The notes below the pieces were generated by a model that searched no databases, was not told where the DNA came from, and saw only the letters and a program-made list of their open reading frames with translations. Made by a program: the position numbers and the translations under genes. From an uncultured Clostridia bacterium (GTDB lineage: Bacteria > Bacillota > Clostridia > Christensenellales > UBA1242), in contig CALWAB010000105.1 in NCBI GenBank assembly GCA_944372745.1, forward strand, positions 1 to 32,883: a stretch of 32,883 nt of DNA, given 5' to 3'. Positions 17,569 through 26,600 of this stretch are shown piece by piece (within the stretch, counting starts at the first letter, position 1; every line of letters starts with the position of its first letter).

Positions 17569-17880
17569 TTATTCGTTATTTTCGCCTTCTTCATCCAATA
17601 ACTTATAATAAGCATCAAAAACAGCATCAATAATCTTTTCATCTTCAACAACAGATAATACTTCATCTGATTCTTCATCTGCATCAAGTAAGAAAACAAT
17701 TGCTTCGTCATCAGCAACGCCTTCCATCTCTTCTACAGGCTTTAAAATTGCATAAACTTCATTTTCATAAGGTATAATAGCAATTTGTTCAAACTCTACT
17801 TCCTTATCATTTTCATCATAAAGAACAATAGTCCCAAGATCATTCTCATCTAACAATCTTTCAATAGCATTTTTTTCCAT
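17569..17880 (-). CDS. DUF1292 (YrzB-like) acidic protein
   Basis: 103 aa; 'IVLYDENDKEVEFEQIAIIPYENEVYAIL' plus an acidic tail; classic position downstream of ruvX. Confidence 0.75.
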   Translation of the reverse strand: MEKNAIERLLDENDLGTIVLYDENDKEVEFEQIAIIPYENEVYAILKPVEEMEGVADDEAIVFLLDADEESDEVLSVVEDEKIIDAVFDAYYKLLDEEGENNE

Positions 17881-17889
17881 AATAAACTC

Positions 17890-18303
17890 CTAATCTCTTT
17901 TTTTATCTAAATAACTTTGTAGGATAAAAGTGGCTGCAACTTTATCAATGACTTGCTTTCTATCTTTTCTAGACACATTGGCATCTATAAGCATTCTCTC
18001 TGCGCTAACAGTTGTCAATCGCTCATCTTGAAATACAATTTCTTGTTTACAATACTTTTTTAAATTGTCTACAAATTCATAAGTTTCTTGACACTTGACG
18101 CCCTGCGTTCCATCCATATTTATAGGCAATCCAAACACTATGACATCTACATCGTTTTCGTTTGCAATTTTTGCTATGTGCTGTAAATCTTCATCTAAAC
18201 TTTTTCTTTTATAAGTTTCTAAAGCCGAAGCAAAAATATTCAATGCATCCGACATAGCAAGCCCAATTCGTACCTGCCCTAAATCAACACCAAGTTTTCT
18301 CAT
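17890..18303 (-). CDS. ruvX: YqgF/RuvX putative pre-16S rRNA nuclease (Holliday-junction-resolvase-like)
   Basis: 'LGVDLGQVRIGLAMSD', 'VFGLPINMDGT', 'DERLTTV' motifs. Confidence 0.85.
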   Translation of the reverse strand: MRKLGVDLGQVRIGLAMSDALNIFASALETYKRKSLDEDLQHIAKIANENDVDVIVFGLPINMDGTQGVKCQETYEFVDNLKKYCKQEIVFQDERLTTVSAERMLIDANVSRKDRKQVIDKVAATFILQSYLDKKRD

Positions 18304-18430
18304 CCTTTGCCTGCCACTAAATTAATTGTAACACATTTTTCTTTAAAAACAAAGCAATTTGATACCATAAATACTAAGCTTATTGCATCTTCCTATATTT
18401 TTTACTAATTTTCAATTTATATACTAACAT

Positions 18431-18964
18431 TTATGCTGTTACTTCTTTAATTATATCATCTACTATTTTATCTAAAGTTTCAGGCAATGAATCTGCAAAT
18501 TCATAATCAATTCCATACCTATTTAATAATTCCAATATTGTTTCCCCTACTTCATTGGCTTGTTGTTCAGATTGATGCCTACCATTTGTATCATATTCTA
18601 CTACACGCTTTAAATAATAATTTCTATTATTAAATGTATTATTTACTTGTGCAATGAACATATTAAATTCTTCTTTAGCACATTCTAAATTGTTATAGTA
18701 AATGCTAATAAACGCTGGCGCATCTGTAATCACTACATCAACCTTATCCATAAGGCGTGCTATTCGATAAAATTGATTGCCAAAAATGAATACCTGATTC
18801 TCAAAAGCAGTAAAATTTTCTTCATAAAATAGTTCTTTTGCATATTCAGGAGCCATTTCACAATTAATTCCTCTCATTTTTAAAGAAGCAAAAATATAAG
18901 CCATAGCAGTAGACTTTCCCGAACCCGGTGCACCAAATAAATTAACAACAATATTTTTTTTCAT
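18431..18964 (-). CDS. small P-loop NTPase/kinase-like protein (AAA_28/dNK-like), function unknown
   Basis: Walker A 'GAPGSGKST', Walker B-like 'VDVVITDAP'; 177 aa. Confidence 0.6.
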   Translation of the reverse strand: MKKNIVVNLFGAPGSGKSTAMAYIFASLKMRGINCEMAPEYAKELFYEENFTAFENQVFIFGNQFYRIARLMDKVDVVITDAPAFISIYYNNLECAKEEFNMFIAQVNNTFNNRNYYLKRVVEYDTNGRHQSEQQANEVGETILELLNRYGIDYEFADSLPETLDKIVDDIIKEVTA

Positions 18965-19010
18965 ATAAAATCCTTTTAATTATAATATATTGACAAAATT
19001 TGCAAATACT

Positions 19011-19036
19011 ATCTTGAAACCCACAGGTTTCAAGAT
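19011..19036. promoter_or_regulatory. perfect 11-bp inverted repeat (ATCTTGAAACC-caca-GGTTTCAAGAT) between divergent genes
   Basis: Read directly; ends immediately before the AGGAGG SD of the 44-aa ORF; GC-richer than its surroundings. Confidence 0.5.
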
Positions 19037-19048
19037 AGGAGGCATAAG

Positions 19049-19183
19049 ATGAAAGAAGGTTTAATACTTGGTTTGATGGCTGGGCTTGTAGTAGGTGCTT
19101 TTTTAGCACATACTTGTGAGCCAGTACAAAAAGCCGTCGAAAAAGGAAAAGCTGAACTTAAAAAACAAGTAGAAAAATTATAA
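19049..19183 (+). CDS. unlisted 44-aa small membrane protein (one TM helix plus amphipathic K/E tail)
   Basis: AGGAGG SD 6 nt upstream of the ATG; 'MKEGLILGLMAGLVVGAFLAHTCEPVQKAVEKGKAELKKQVEKL'; followed by a strong terminator; below the ORF-track size cutoff. Confidence 0.55.
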   Translation: MKEGLILGLMAGLVVGAFLAHTCEPVQKAVEKGKAELKKQVEKL

Positions 19184-19213
19184 ATAATTCATCATTAGTT
19201 CGCAACCTAAATT

Positions 19214-19241
19214 AAAGGGTCTTAAGACCCTTTTTATTTTT
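19214..19241. terminator. bidirectional rho-independent terminator
   Basis: AAAGGGTC-ttaa-GACCCTTT followed by TTTATTTTTT; overlaps the stop of the convergent 235-aa gene. Confidence 0.65.
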
Positions 19242-19941
19242 TATCGACCAATTTGCTTAAAACATACTCATCTAAATATTCTTGCAAGAAAGGATATCTA
19301 TTGACCGGATTTTTATCATTATAAGCCAAATCAAATCTCAATAAATATCTATCAAAATCTCCATTAAAACCACTTTCAAATAAATTTAACAATTTTTCTT
19401 TGTCGTTTTCTTTTTCTACAATATGAAGTAAAATCACATCACCGCGTTTTACATGTTCAAGAAAAGCCATCATTGCACTATTGTTGTTTAACCAATCTTT
19501 TTGCTTAAATATAATATCAGTCAAATCTTTTGAAAAAATATCTTTTTTAGCCACTGCTATAATGTTGGCATCAGTATTAATCAGCTGCAAACCAAAGACA
19601 CCTTTTTGTCTTTTTTTGTAAGTAAAAGCAATAGCAAGTATTTCCCATTCAAAGTTGGTTTTTCTCGACATTAATGAAGATACATCGTTTGCAAATTTTT
19701 GAATATCAATAAATCCACCTATCAGTAAATCATCTTGATATTGTATCATTGATGAATTAATATTGCTAATATCTTCATTAATTCTATCATAATACTCTTT
19801 ATATTTTGCTTTTGTTATTTCACTAAAATTTCTTATTTCTTCATATTCTCGTTGTTGTAAATCTTTCTTTTCTTTTAGTTTGGCAAACAAGTCTTTTCGC
19901 TCTTTGGATATAATATCGAAGACTTCCGCATAATCCTTCAT
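19234..19941 (-). CDS. hypothetical protein (235 aa), coiled-coil N-terminus, apparently co-transcribed with hpf
   Basis: GGGGAGG SD; start 18 nt after the hpf stop; K/E-rich heptad-like N-terminal 60 aa; no known motif recognised. Confidence 0.5.
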   Translation of the reverse strand: MKDYAEVFDIISKERKDLFAKLKEKKDLQQREYEEIRNFSEITKAKYKEYYDRINEDISNINSSMIQYQDDLLIGGFIDIQKFANDVSSLMSRKTNFEWEILAIAFTYKKRQKGVFGLQLINTDANIIAVAKKDIFSKDLTDIIFKQKDWLNNNSAMMAFLEHVKRGDVILLHIVEKENDKEKLLNLFESGFNGDFDRYLLRFDLAYNDKNPVNRYPFLQEYLDEYVLSKLVDKK

Positions 19942-19959
19942 TGTTTACCTCCCCAATTA

Positions 19960-20490
19960 TTAATATTCAAGCTCAATATGCCCAAAGTCATTATCATGAC
20001 GACGATATACAACATTGACTTTACCAGTCTCTGCGTTAAGGAATACATAGAAATCGTGGTCAGTCATTTCTAGACTTGCGATAGCATCTTCTACATCTGT
20101 AGGGTCAAGTTCAAATTTCTTTGTTCTTGTAACTTTATTATGAACGACTTTAGGTTCATCTGATAAAAATTCAAGTTCAGGAATATCAAATGAAGTTTTC
20201 TTGAATTTATCTTTCAACTTATCTTTATTTTTATATACTTGTCTTTCAATCTTTGACAAAGCAGTATCTATATTGACATACATATTGTCACTAGCTACTT
20301 CACTTCTAAAGAATGTATACCTATCTTTGATAGTAATTTCCATTTTATATAGACCATTTTCATATTTACAATAGACTTGTGCCTTTGCTTCGTCATTGAA
20401 ATATCTATCCAATCTATTTATCTTTTTTGTTATAATGTCTTTAAGTTTTTCACTTATATTATAATTTTTTGATAATATTTCTAATTGCAT
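19960..20490 (-). CDS. hpf: ribosome hibernation-promoting factor (long HPF)
   Basis: 176 aa; N-terminal 'ISEKLKDIITKKINRLDRYF' RaiA/HPF fold signature and C-terminal dimerisation domain 'FYVFLNAETGKVNVVYRRHDNDFGHIE'. Confidence 0.9.
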   Translation of the reverse strand: MQLEILSKNYNISEKLKDIITKKINRLDRYFNDEAKAQVYCKYENGLYKMEITIKDRYTFFRSEVASDNMYVNIDTALSKIERQVYKNKDKLKDKFKKTSFDIPELEFLSDEPKVVHNKVTRTKKFELDPTDVEDAIASLEMTDHDFYVFLNAETGKVNVVYRRHDNDFGHIELEY

Positions 20491-20582
20491 AATTCACCTC
20501 TTAATTAATCTTTTTTATTTTATTTAAATAAAATCATTTTTGCAAACAAAATGATTGTTAATATTAATTCTTTTCAAAAAAA

Positions 20583-21878
20583 CTACATTTTACTCATTTT
20601 TTTTAGCCTACTTATAGAGTTATTGCATTCAGCTATAATTTTCTCGACATCTATAAAATTAGCAAATCCCCCATTTTCGTATAATATTTCACCATTTACC
20701 ATTGTCATAACAACATTATCAGGACGGGCTGAATAAACCATATTTGATATATAATTATTATTAGGTTGAAAGTTTATATCCTTTATAGATATTCTAATTA
20801 AATCAGCTTTATATCCAGTTTCTATTTTACCGACTTTATTATTAAGCATTAATGGATAAGTAGCATTTATCGTTGCCATTTTAAGCATTAATTCTGCTGG
20901 CATAATGTTTGTTTCATATAAATTAACTTTTTGAAGTAATGTAGCTAAATACATTTCTTTAAACATATCAATAGAATTATTGCTAGCTGGTCCATCTGTT
21001 CCTAAACAAACATTTATTCCTGCTTGCATCATTGAATATATAGGAGCAATTCCACTCCCCAATTTCATATTACTTGCTGGACAATGAGCAATTGATACAT
21101 TATGATTAAGTAAAATATCATAATCATCCTTATCAATATGAACACCATGAGCAAGCAAACAGCGATGCTCAAAGAAACCAATGTCTTCCAATAATTGAAC
21201 TGGCGTTTTATTAAATTTTTGCACACATTCCCCAACTTCCGTCAATGTTTCCGCTAAATGAATGTGCATAGGCAATTTAAAATCTCTTGCCATTAAAACA
21301 GTATCTTCTAGCCCTTTTGTATCAACTGTGTAAATTGAATGTGCATAAGCAATATAAGATATTAATTCGCTATCGTGTGGTAAACTTTCAAATTCTCTCT
21401 TAAGTGCAGAATATCTATCATCATAAATATTTGCACCCAATGCACAAACTAAGCGCATTTTCATATCTAAATTGGCTTTCACAATACTTTCTGGTTCAAA
21501 ATACGCATCCAATTGAGTAGTTATACCACTTTTTATACTTTCTAACAAACCTAATTGTGTACCATAATAAATATCATTTGGGGTTAAAAATTTTTCTATG
21601 ACAAACATATTATCGTACAGCCACTCTTGTAAAGGAACATCATCTTTTAATCCCCTAAACAAAGACATAGCATTATGAGCATGAGCATTTATAAACCCTG
21701 CACTTAAAATGTCACCCTCAAAATCTATTACTCTATCTGCATTAAATGCGAAACTAAATAAATTATCATTTTCTCCCACAAAGGCAAAGTTCGAGCCATC
21801 AATACATACAGTCATATTGGACAATATATTCGCATTTTCTAAATCCAATATTTTGGCATTAATTATCTTAATTTTCAT
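20583..21878 (-). CDS. amidohydrolase-family deaminase (MtaD-like 5-methylthioadenosine/S-adenosylhomocysteine deaminase)
   Basis: 'GFINAHAHNAMSLFRG' HxH metal site, 'MHIHLAET', 'LAHGVH', 'GTDG'. Confidence 0.7.
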   Translation of the reverse strand: MKIKIINAKILDLENANILSNMTVCIDGSNFAFVGENDNLFSFAFNADRVIDFEGDILSAGFINAHAHNAMSLFRGLKDDVPLQEWLYDNMFVIEKFLTPNDIYYGTQLGLLESIKSGITTQLDAYFEPESIVKANLDMKMRLVCALGANIYDDRYSALKREFESLPHDSELISYIAYAHSIYTVDTKGLEDTVLMARDFKLPMHIHLAETLTEVGECVQKFNKTPVQLLEDIGFFEHRCLLAHGVHIDKDDYDILLNHNVSIAHCPASNMKLGSGIAPIYSMMQAGINVCLGTDGPASNNSIDMFKEMYLATLLQKVNLYETNIMPAELMLKMATINATYPLMLNNKVGKIETGYKADLIRISIKDINFQPNNNYISNMVYSARPDNVVMTMVNGEILYENGGFANFIDVEKIIAECNNSISRLKKMSKM

Positions 21879-21888
21879 AAAAATCCTA

Positions 21889-23292
21889 TTAGCTATTTAA
21901 TATTTTATCTGCGATATAAAGACCATGAGCCGCTGCGTGGCTTAAACTTCTTGTAAAGCCACCGCCATCGCCTATGGCATATATATTTTTGCAACCATTA
22001 ATTTCAAAATCAGTAGTTTCTGGTCTTGTAGCATAATATTTACATTCAATTCCATAAAGTAATGTATCCATATTAGCTGTCCCAGGAGCTATTCTGTCTA
22101 ATGCGTATATAGTTTCTACAATATTATCTAGTTGACGCTTCGGCATACACAAAGCTAAATCACCCGGTACCGCTTCAAGCGTAGGAATTGTAGTTGATTG
22201 AGCCAATCTTTCTGGAGTTGTCCTTCGTCCTTTTACTAAATCTCCAAATCTTTGGACAAGAACACTTCCACCGCTAATTTTATTCGCTAAAGATGCTACA
22301 TATCTTGCATATTCTATAGGTTCTTTAAATGGCTGAGTGAATGTACTAGTAGAAAGCAATGCAAAATTACTATTTTTAGTCTTTTTGTCTTCTTGAGCAT
22401 AGCTATGACCATTAATTGTCAATACATTGTCAGTATTTTCCATAACTACTTGTCCTCGCTCGTTAAAACAAAACATTCTAACTACATCGCCATAACCTTT
22501 TGTTCTATACCAAACTTTAGGTTCATAAATTTGTTTGCTAAATTTATCCCAAACAATAGATGGTAATTCTACTCTTACTCCTAAATCCACTTGGTTATTA
22601 TTGCACTCAATTCCGTTTTTATCACACCAAGTTCTAAAATCTTGACTCCCTGCTCGTCCAACTGCAAAAACAATATGTTCTCCATGTACTGATACTTCAG
22701 TATTTTGATAACTAAATAATACTGTATTAGTATTTTTGTCTACATCTAGTGCTCTTGCACGCGTTAAAATTGTCACCTTATCCTTTAAATATTCAATTAA
22801 TTTCAACATTGTGAAGTAATTTTCGTCTGTCCCTAAATGCTTCAAGTCTGTTTGTCTAAGATGCAAATCATATTTCAAACATTCGCGTTTAAGCTCATCA
22901 TTAGGATGAAATACCTTTGTAGTAGCGCCAAAGTTAACTAAAACTTCATCAGCCTGTTTGATATATGATAATACTGTATCAGCTGGTAAATAATCAGTTA
23001 ACCACCCACCATATTCTGTGCCTATTATATATTTTCCATCACTAAATGCCCCAGCACCAGCCATACCACTCATTATGGCACAATTAGCACATTTCAAACA
23101 TCCCCCTTTCCCTTTGTTTTTTGTAATTAAGGGGCATTTTCTTTCAGATAAATCATTGCCTTTTTCAAGCAACAATATTTTTAATTTATCATTTTGTTTA
23201 CTCAATCTATAGGCAGTCATAATGCCACCTATTCCACCGCCAATTATGACTACATCATATTTATTTAAAATTTCGCTCATATTATTCTCCAT
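21889..23292 (-). CDS. FAD-dependent oxidoreductase (COG2509-like uncharacterised dehydrogenase)
   Basis: Rossmann motif 'YDVVIIGGGIGGIMTAY', C-terminal 'IYAIGDGGG'. Confidence 0.7.
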   Translation of the reverse strand: MENNMSEILNKYDVVIIGGGIGGIMTAYRLSKQNDKLKILLLEKGNDLSERKCPLITKNKGKGGCLKCANCAIMSGMAGAGAFSDGKYIIGTEYGGWLTDYLPADTVLSYIKQADEVLVNFGATTKVFHPNDELKRECLKYDLHLRQTDLKHLGTDENYFTMLKLIEYLKDKVTILTRARALDVDKNTNTVLFSYQNTEVSVHGEHIVFAVGRAGSQDFRTWCDKNGIECNNNQVDLGVRVELPSIVWDKFSKQIYEPKVWYRTKGYGDVVRMFCFNERGQVVMENTDNVLTINGHSYAQEDKKTKNSNFALLSTSTFTQPFKEPIEYARYVASLANKISGGSVLVQRFGDLVKGRRTTPERLAQSTTIPTLEAVPGDLALCMPKRQLDNIVETIYALDRIAPGTANMDTLLYGIECKYYATRPETTDFEINGCKNIYAIGDGGGFTRSLSHAAAHGLYIADKILNS

Positions 23293-23306
23293 TTCATCCT
23301 ATGTTA

Positions 23307-26300
23307 TTATTCCAAATTGTATTTATAAATTGCAGTAATTCTCAAGCCATTTTTATTTGAAGACAAACTTTTCCCTTTACCCTGCTTTTTATCTGGGAAA
23401 AATTCTTTAATATTTTTCTTTACATAATTGTCAGTGCCGTAAAATCTAACTACATAATCAGCATCATTTTTTTCTATATCCACAAAAATAATTTCATCAT
23501 TATCTAATAAAGCAAAAACCTTTGTGCCTTTTCTAGCCCTTTGGGACAATTCAATATTGCCAGTATTAAATCGCTTGCCAAAGCCTTTCTTTGTAGCTAA
23601 TACAATTTCAGCACTAAGTGGCATTAAACCGACAAAAACGAACCTATCATCATCTGCCAAATTCATTCCCTTAACACCTTGACTAACACGACCACTTGTA
23701 GGAACATTATTTATTTCACAATTAAGTGCCATTCCCTTTTCTGTGACCATCAATAATGTTTGTTTTGAATCAGCTTTAATTATAGAAAGAACTTCATCAT
23801 CTTCTTTTAGTTTCATAGCAGCAAATTTTTGTTTAGAAATATCATATTCGCTCAATGCCGTACGCTTCAACATACCACATTTTGTAGCGAATATCAATTC
23901 TGTTTTGTCATTTTTATTCATTTCAAAGAATGCCAAAATTTTTTCATCCACATCTAATTCTTTGCAGATAGACCTAAATGGCATTCCTTTATCACGCCAT
24001 TTCACTTCTTTAATATCTTCCACAGCTATTCTACAAGCATTTCCTTTATTTGTAAATGCCATTAAAAATTTATCTGTAGTTGTCTTAACAATATTGTAAT
24101 GCAATTCATTTTCGGTCAACTGTGACGTGTATTCTTTTACGGTCGTTTCATAATGTTTAGGTTGCATTCTCTTGATAGTACCGCTTTGTGTTAATGCTAC
24201 AATAGTGTCTTCCACCACCTTATTGGCTTCCAGTATACTCTCGACATCTATTTCACCAAAACTTTTTACTATCTTAGTCATTCTTGGCATAGAATACTTT
24301 CTTCGAATCTCTAAAAGTTCATTTTTGATAACATCAAGTTGCAAACGCTTAGAATTAAGTATTGCGGTTAATTTCTCTATTAATATTTTTAATTCGGCTA
24401 TTTCTTGTTCAATTTTGTACACTTCTAGACTTGTTAAGCGTGCCAATCTCATATCCAAAATAGCTTGTGCCTGCTTTTCTGATAACAAAAATCTTTGTTT
24501 TAAACGAATTTTAGCTTCTGTAGTATTAGGGCTATTCTTTATTATTGCTACTACTTCATCAATGTTAACAATGGCTATGTGCAAGCCTTCTAATATGTGC
24601 ATTCTTTCTTTTGCATTGTTTAAATCAAAACGAGTTCTGCGAACAATAATATCAATTTGATAATTAAGATAATACTTCAATATAGACATTAATCCAAGTT
24701 GTTTAGGTTTTCCATCAGCAATAGCAACCATATTAATGCCATAACTTGATTGTAAATCACTGTATTTGTAAAGCAAATTAAGAATATCATTAGGATTATA
24801 CCCTACCTTCACTGTGATAACAGCACGGATTCCATTTCTATCTGACTCATCTTTGATATCTTGGATACCCAATAGTACGCCTTTTTTGTCTTCTCTAATA
24901 TCAACAATTTTAGCAAGCAAACTGGCTTTATTTTTTTGAAAAGGAATTTCAGTTATGACTATATTTGTTTTACCATTTCCAGCGTCTTCTAAATGAGTCT
25001 TAGCTCTCATTGTAATCTTGCCACGCCCTGTTTCATAAGCTTGATAAAGTTCGTCAGTAGATATGATTGCGCCAGTTGGAAAATCTGGCCCTTTTATGAT
25101 TTTCATCATATCTTTTAACTGAATAGTTGGATGGTCAATAAGTGCTATGACACCATCAATAACTTCATTAAGATTGTGTGGTGGTATATTGGTCGCTAAG
25201 CCAACTGCTATACCCAAAGCTCCATTAACTAAAAGATTTGGAAAGCGCCCCGGCAATGTATCTGGTTCTTTTAATGTGTCATCAAAATTAAAACTCCATT
25301 TAACAGTGTCTTTCTCTAAATCTCTTAATAATTCCATAGCAAGTGGTGCAAGTTTCGCCTCTGTATATCTCATTGCAGCAGCACTATCACCATCAATAGA
25401 GCCAAAGTTACCATGCCCTTGAACAAGTATACCACGCATATTAAATGGTTGTGCCATACGCACCAATGCATCGTATACAGATGTATCACCGTGTGGATGA
25501 TATTTACCTAAACAATCACCTACAATTCTGGCACATTTTCTATATGCTTTGTCTGGAGTCATCCCTAATTCAAGCATAGTATATAGAATTCTTCTTTGTA
25601 CAGGCTTAAGTCCATCTTCTACTCTAGGCAAAGCACGGTCAAGCAATACAAACTCACTATAAGGTATCATTGAATTATGTAAAACTTCATCAATGGATTG
25701 CACAAGCAAACCACCATCTAGTTTACCACCATTCCCACCTTTGTTTTTTACTTTAGGCTCATCATTATTAGCCATTTCTCTTACCCCTTTTTGATGTTTC
25801 TTAGGTTTTGAATATTCAATGCTTGTTACATTATTTTCGTAAACTGTGTTATTTTGTTCATCTAAAAATTGTCCGTCAATTTCTTCTTTTTCTATTTCAT
25901 TATAATTATCTAATTTATTTTCTGCTTCATCATTTTCTTGTTCGCCATTATAAAATTCGGCTTCATCATTATCAAATTCAGATTCTTCAAAATGATTGTC
26001 ATCTATATCTTTATCATCTTGTAAATCGCTTTCATTGTAATTGCCATTCACACTAATATTTTGCAAAGTTTCATTGTTTTCTAAGTTTACAATATCGTCT
26101 TCTAAAATGTCATTTTGTTTTTCACTAAATTTATTTTGATAATTATCTTCTTCATTATCTTGCTCTACATCATTTTCTACTTCATTGAAGTTATATTGGT
26201 CTTCATTGTCTTGTTGATAATCATCATAATGATTTATTTCTTCTATATCTAATTTATCATCATCGGCATCAAAATTATCATTGTTTGTATCATTGTCTGT

Positions 26301-26531
26301 TTTATTAAAATTATCGCTTGTTGCATTTAAAACATCATCACTTGTTTTTTGTGACTTAATTCTATCATAATAACTAAACAAATCTAATTGCCCTTCTACA
26401 GGTTGATTTGTAAAAACTTCTTCTTCCTCTGGCGGAGAGTTCAAAGGCAATTCAAAAATAGACATCTGCCCTTCTACAGGCTCATTTGTAAATTCCTCGT
26501 CCTCTGGCCCTTGATTATCTTCAAATGACAC
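23307..26531 (-). CDS. parC: DNA topoisomerase IV subunit A (ParC-type) with ~250-aa acidic N-terminal extension
   Basis: Core 'DRALPRVEDGLKPVQRRILY', 'HPHGD', catalytic 'AAMRYTEAKL'; no GyrA-box (QRRGGKG) in the C-terminal domain; parE immediately upstream; not in a dnaA-gyrB context; GTG 26531 has an AGGAG SD; the alternative ATG at 25775 would give a canonical 822 aa. Confidence 0.8.
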   Translation of the reverse strand: MSFEDNQGPEDEEFTNEPVEGQMSIFELPLNSPPEEEEVFTNQPVEGQLDLFSYYDRIKSQKTSDDVLNATSDNFNKTDNDTNNDNFDADDDKLDIEEINHYDDYQQDNEDQYNFNEVENDVEQDNEEDNYQNKFSEKQNDILEDDIVNLENNETLQNISVNGNYNESDLQDDKDIDDNHFEESEFDNDEAEFYNGEQENDEAENKLDNYNEIEKEEIDGQFLDEQNNTVYENNVTSIEYSKPKKHQKGVREMANNDEPKVKNKGGNGGKLDGGLLVQSIDEVLHNSMIPYSEFVLLDRALPRVEDGLKPVQRRILYTMLELGMTPDKAYRKCARIVGDCLGKYHPHGDTSVYDALVRMAQPFNMRGILVQGHGNFGSIDGDSAAAMRYTEAKLAPLAMELLRDLEKDTVKWSFNFDDTLKEPDTLPGRFPNLLVNGALGIAVGLATNIPPHNLNEVIDGVIALIDHPTIQLKDMMKIIKGPDFPTGAIISTDELYQAYETGRGKITMRAKTHLEDAGNGKTNIVITEIPFQKNKASLLAKIVDIREDKKGVLLGIQDIKDESDRNGIRAVITVKVGYNPNDILNLLYKYSDLQSSYGINMVAIADGKPKQLGLMSILKYYLNYQIDIIVRRTRFDLNNAKERMHILEGLHIAIVNIDEVVAIIKNSPNTTEAKIRLKQRFLLSEKQAQAILDMRLARLTSLEVYKIEQEIAELKILIEKLTAILNSKRLQLDVIKNELLEIRRKYSMPRMTKIVKSFGEIDVESILEANKVVEDTIVALTQSGTIKRMQPKHYETTVKEYTSQLTENELHYNIVKTTTDKFLMAFTNKGNACRIAVEDIKEVKWRDKGMPFRSICKELDVDEKILAFFEMNKNDKTELIFATKCGMLKRTALSEYDISKQKFAAMKLKEDDEVLSIIKADSKQTLLMVTEKGMALNCEINNVPTSGRVSQGVKGMNLADDDRFVFVGLMPLSAEIVLATKKGFGKRFNTGNIELSQRARKGTKVFALLDNDEIIFVDIEKNDADYVVRFYGTDNYVKKNIKEFFPDKKQGKGKSLSSNKNGLRITAIYKYNLE
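26370..26507 (-). repeat. tandem coding duplication at the 5' end of parC (two ~60-bp units)
   Basis: Units 26448-26507 and 26370-26432 encode PEDEEFTNEPVEGQMSIFEL and PEEEEVFTNQPVEGQLDLFSY; the DNA shares 'cccttctacagg..catttgtaaa..tc.tc.tcctctgg'. Confidence 0.7.
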
Positions 26532-26600
26532 AAATAACTCCTATTATTTTTGCAACAATAATGATAATTTTATATAATGATAACAATGTCAAGACAAATA

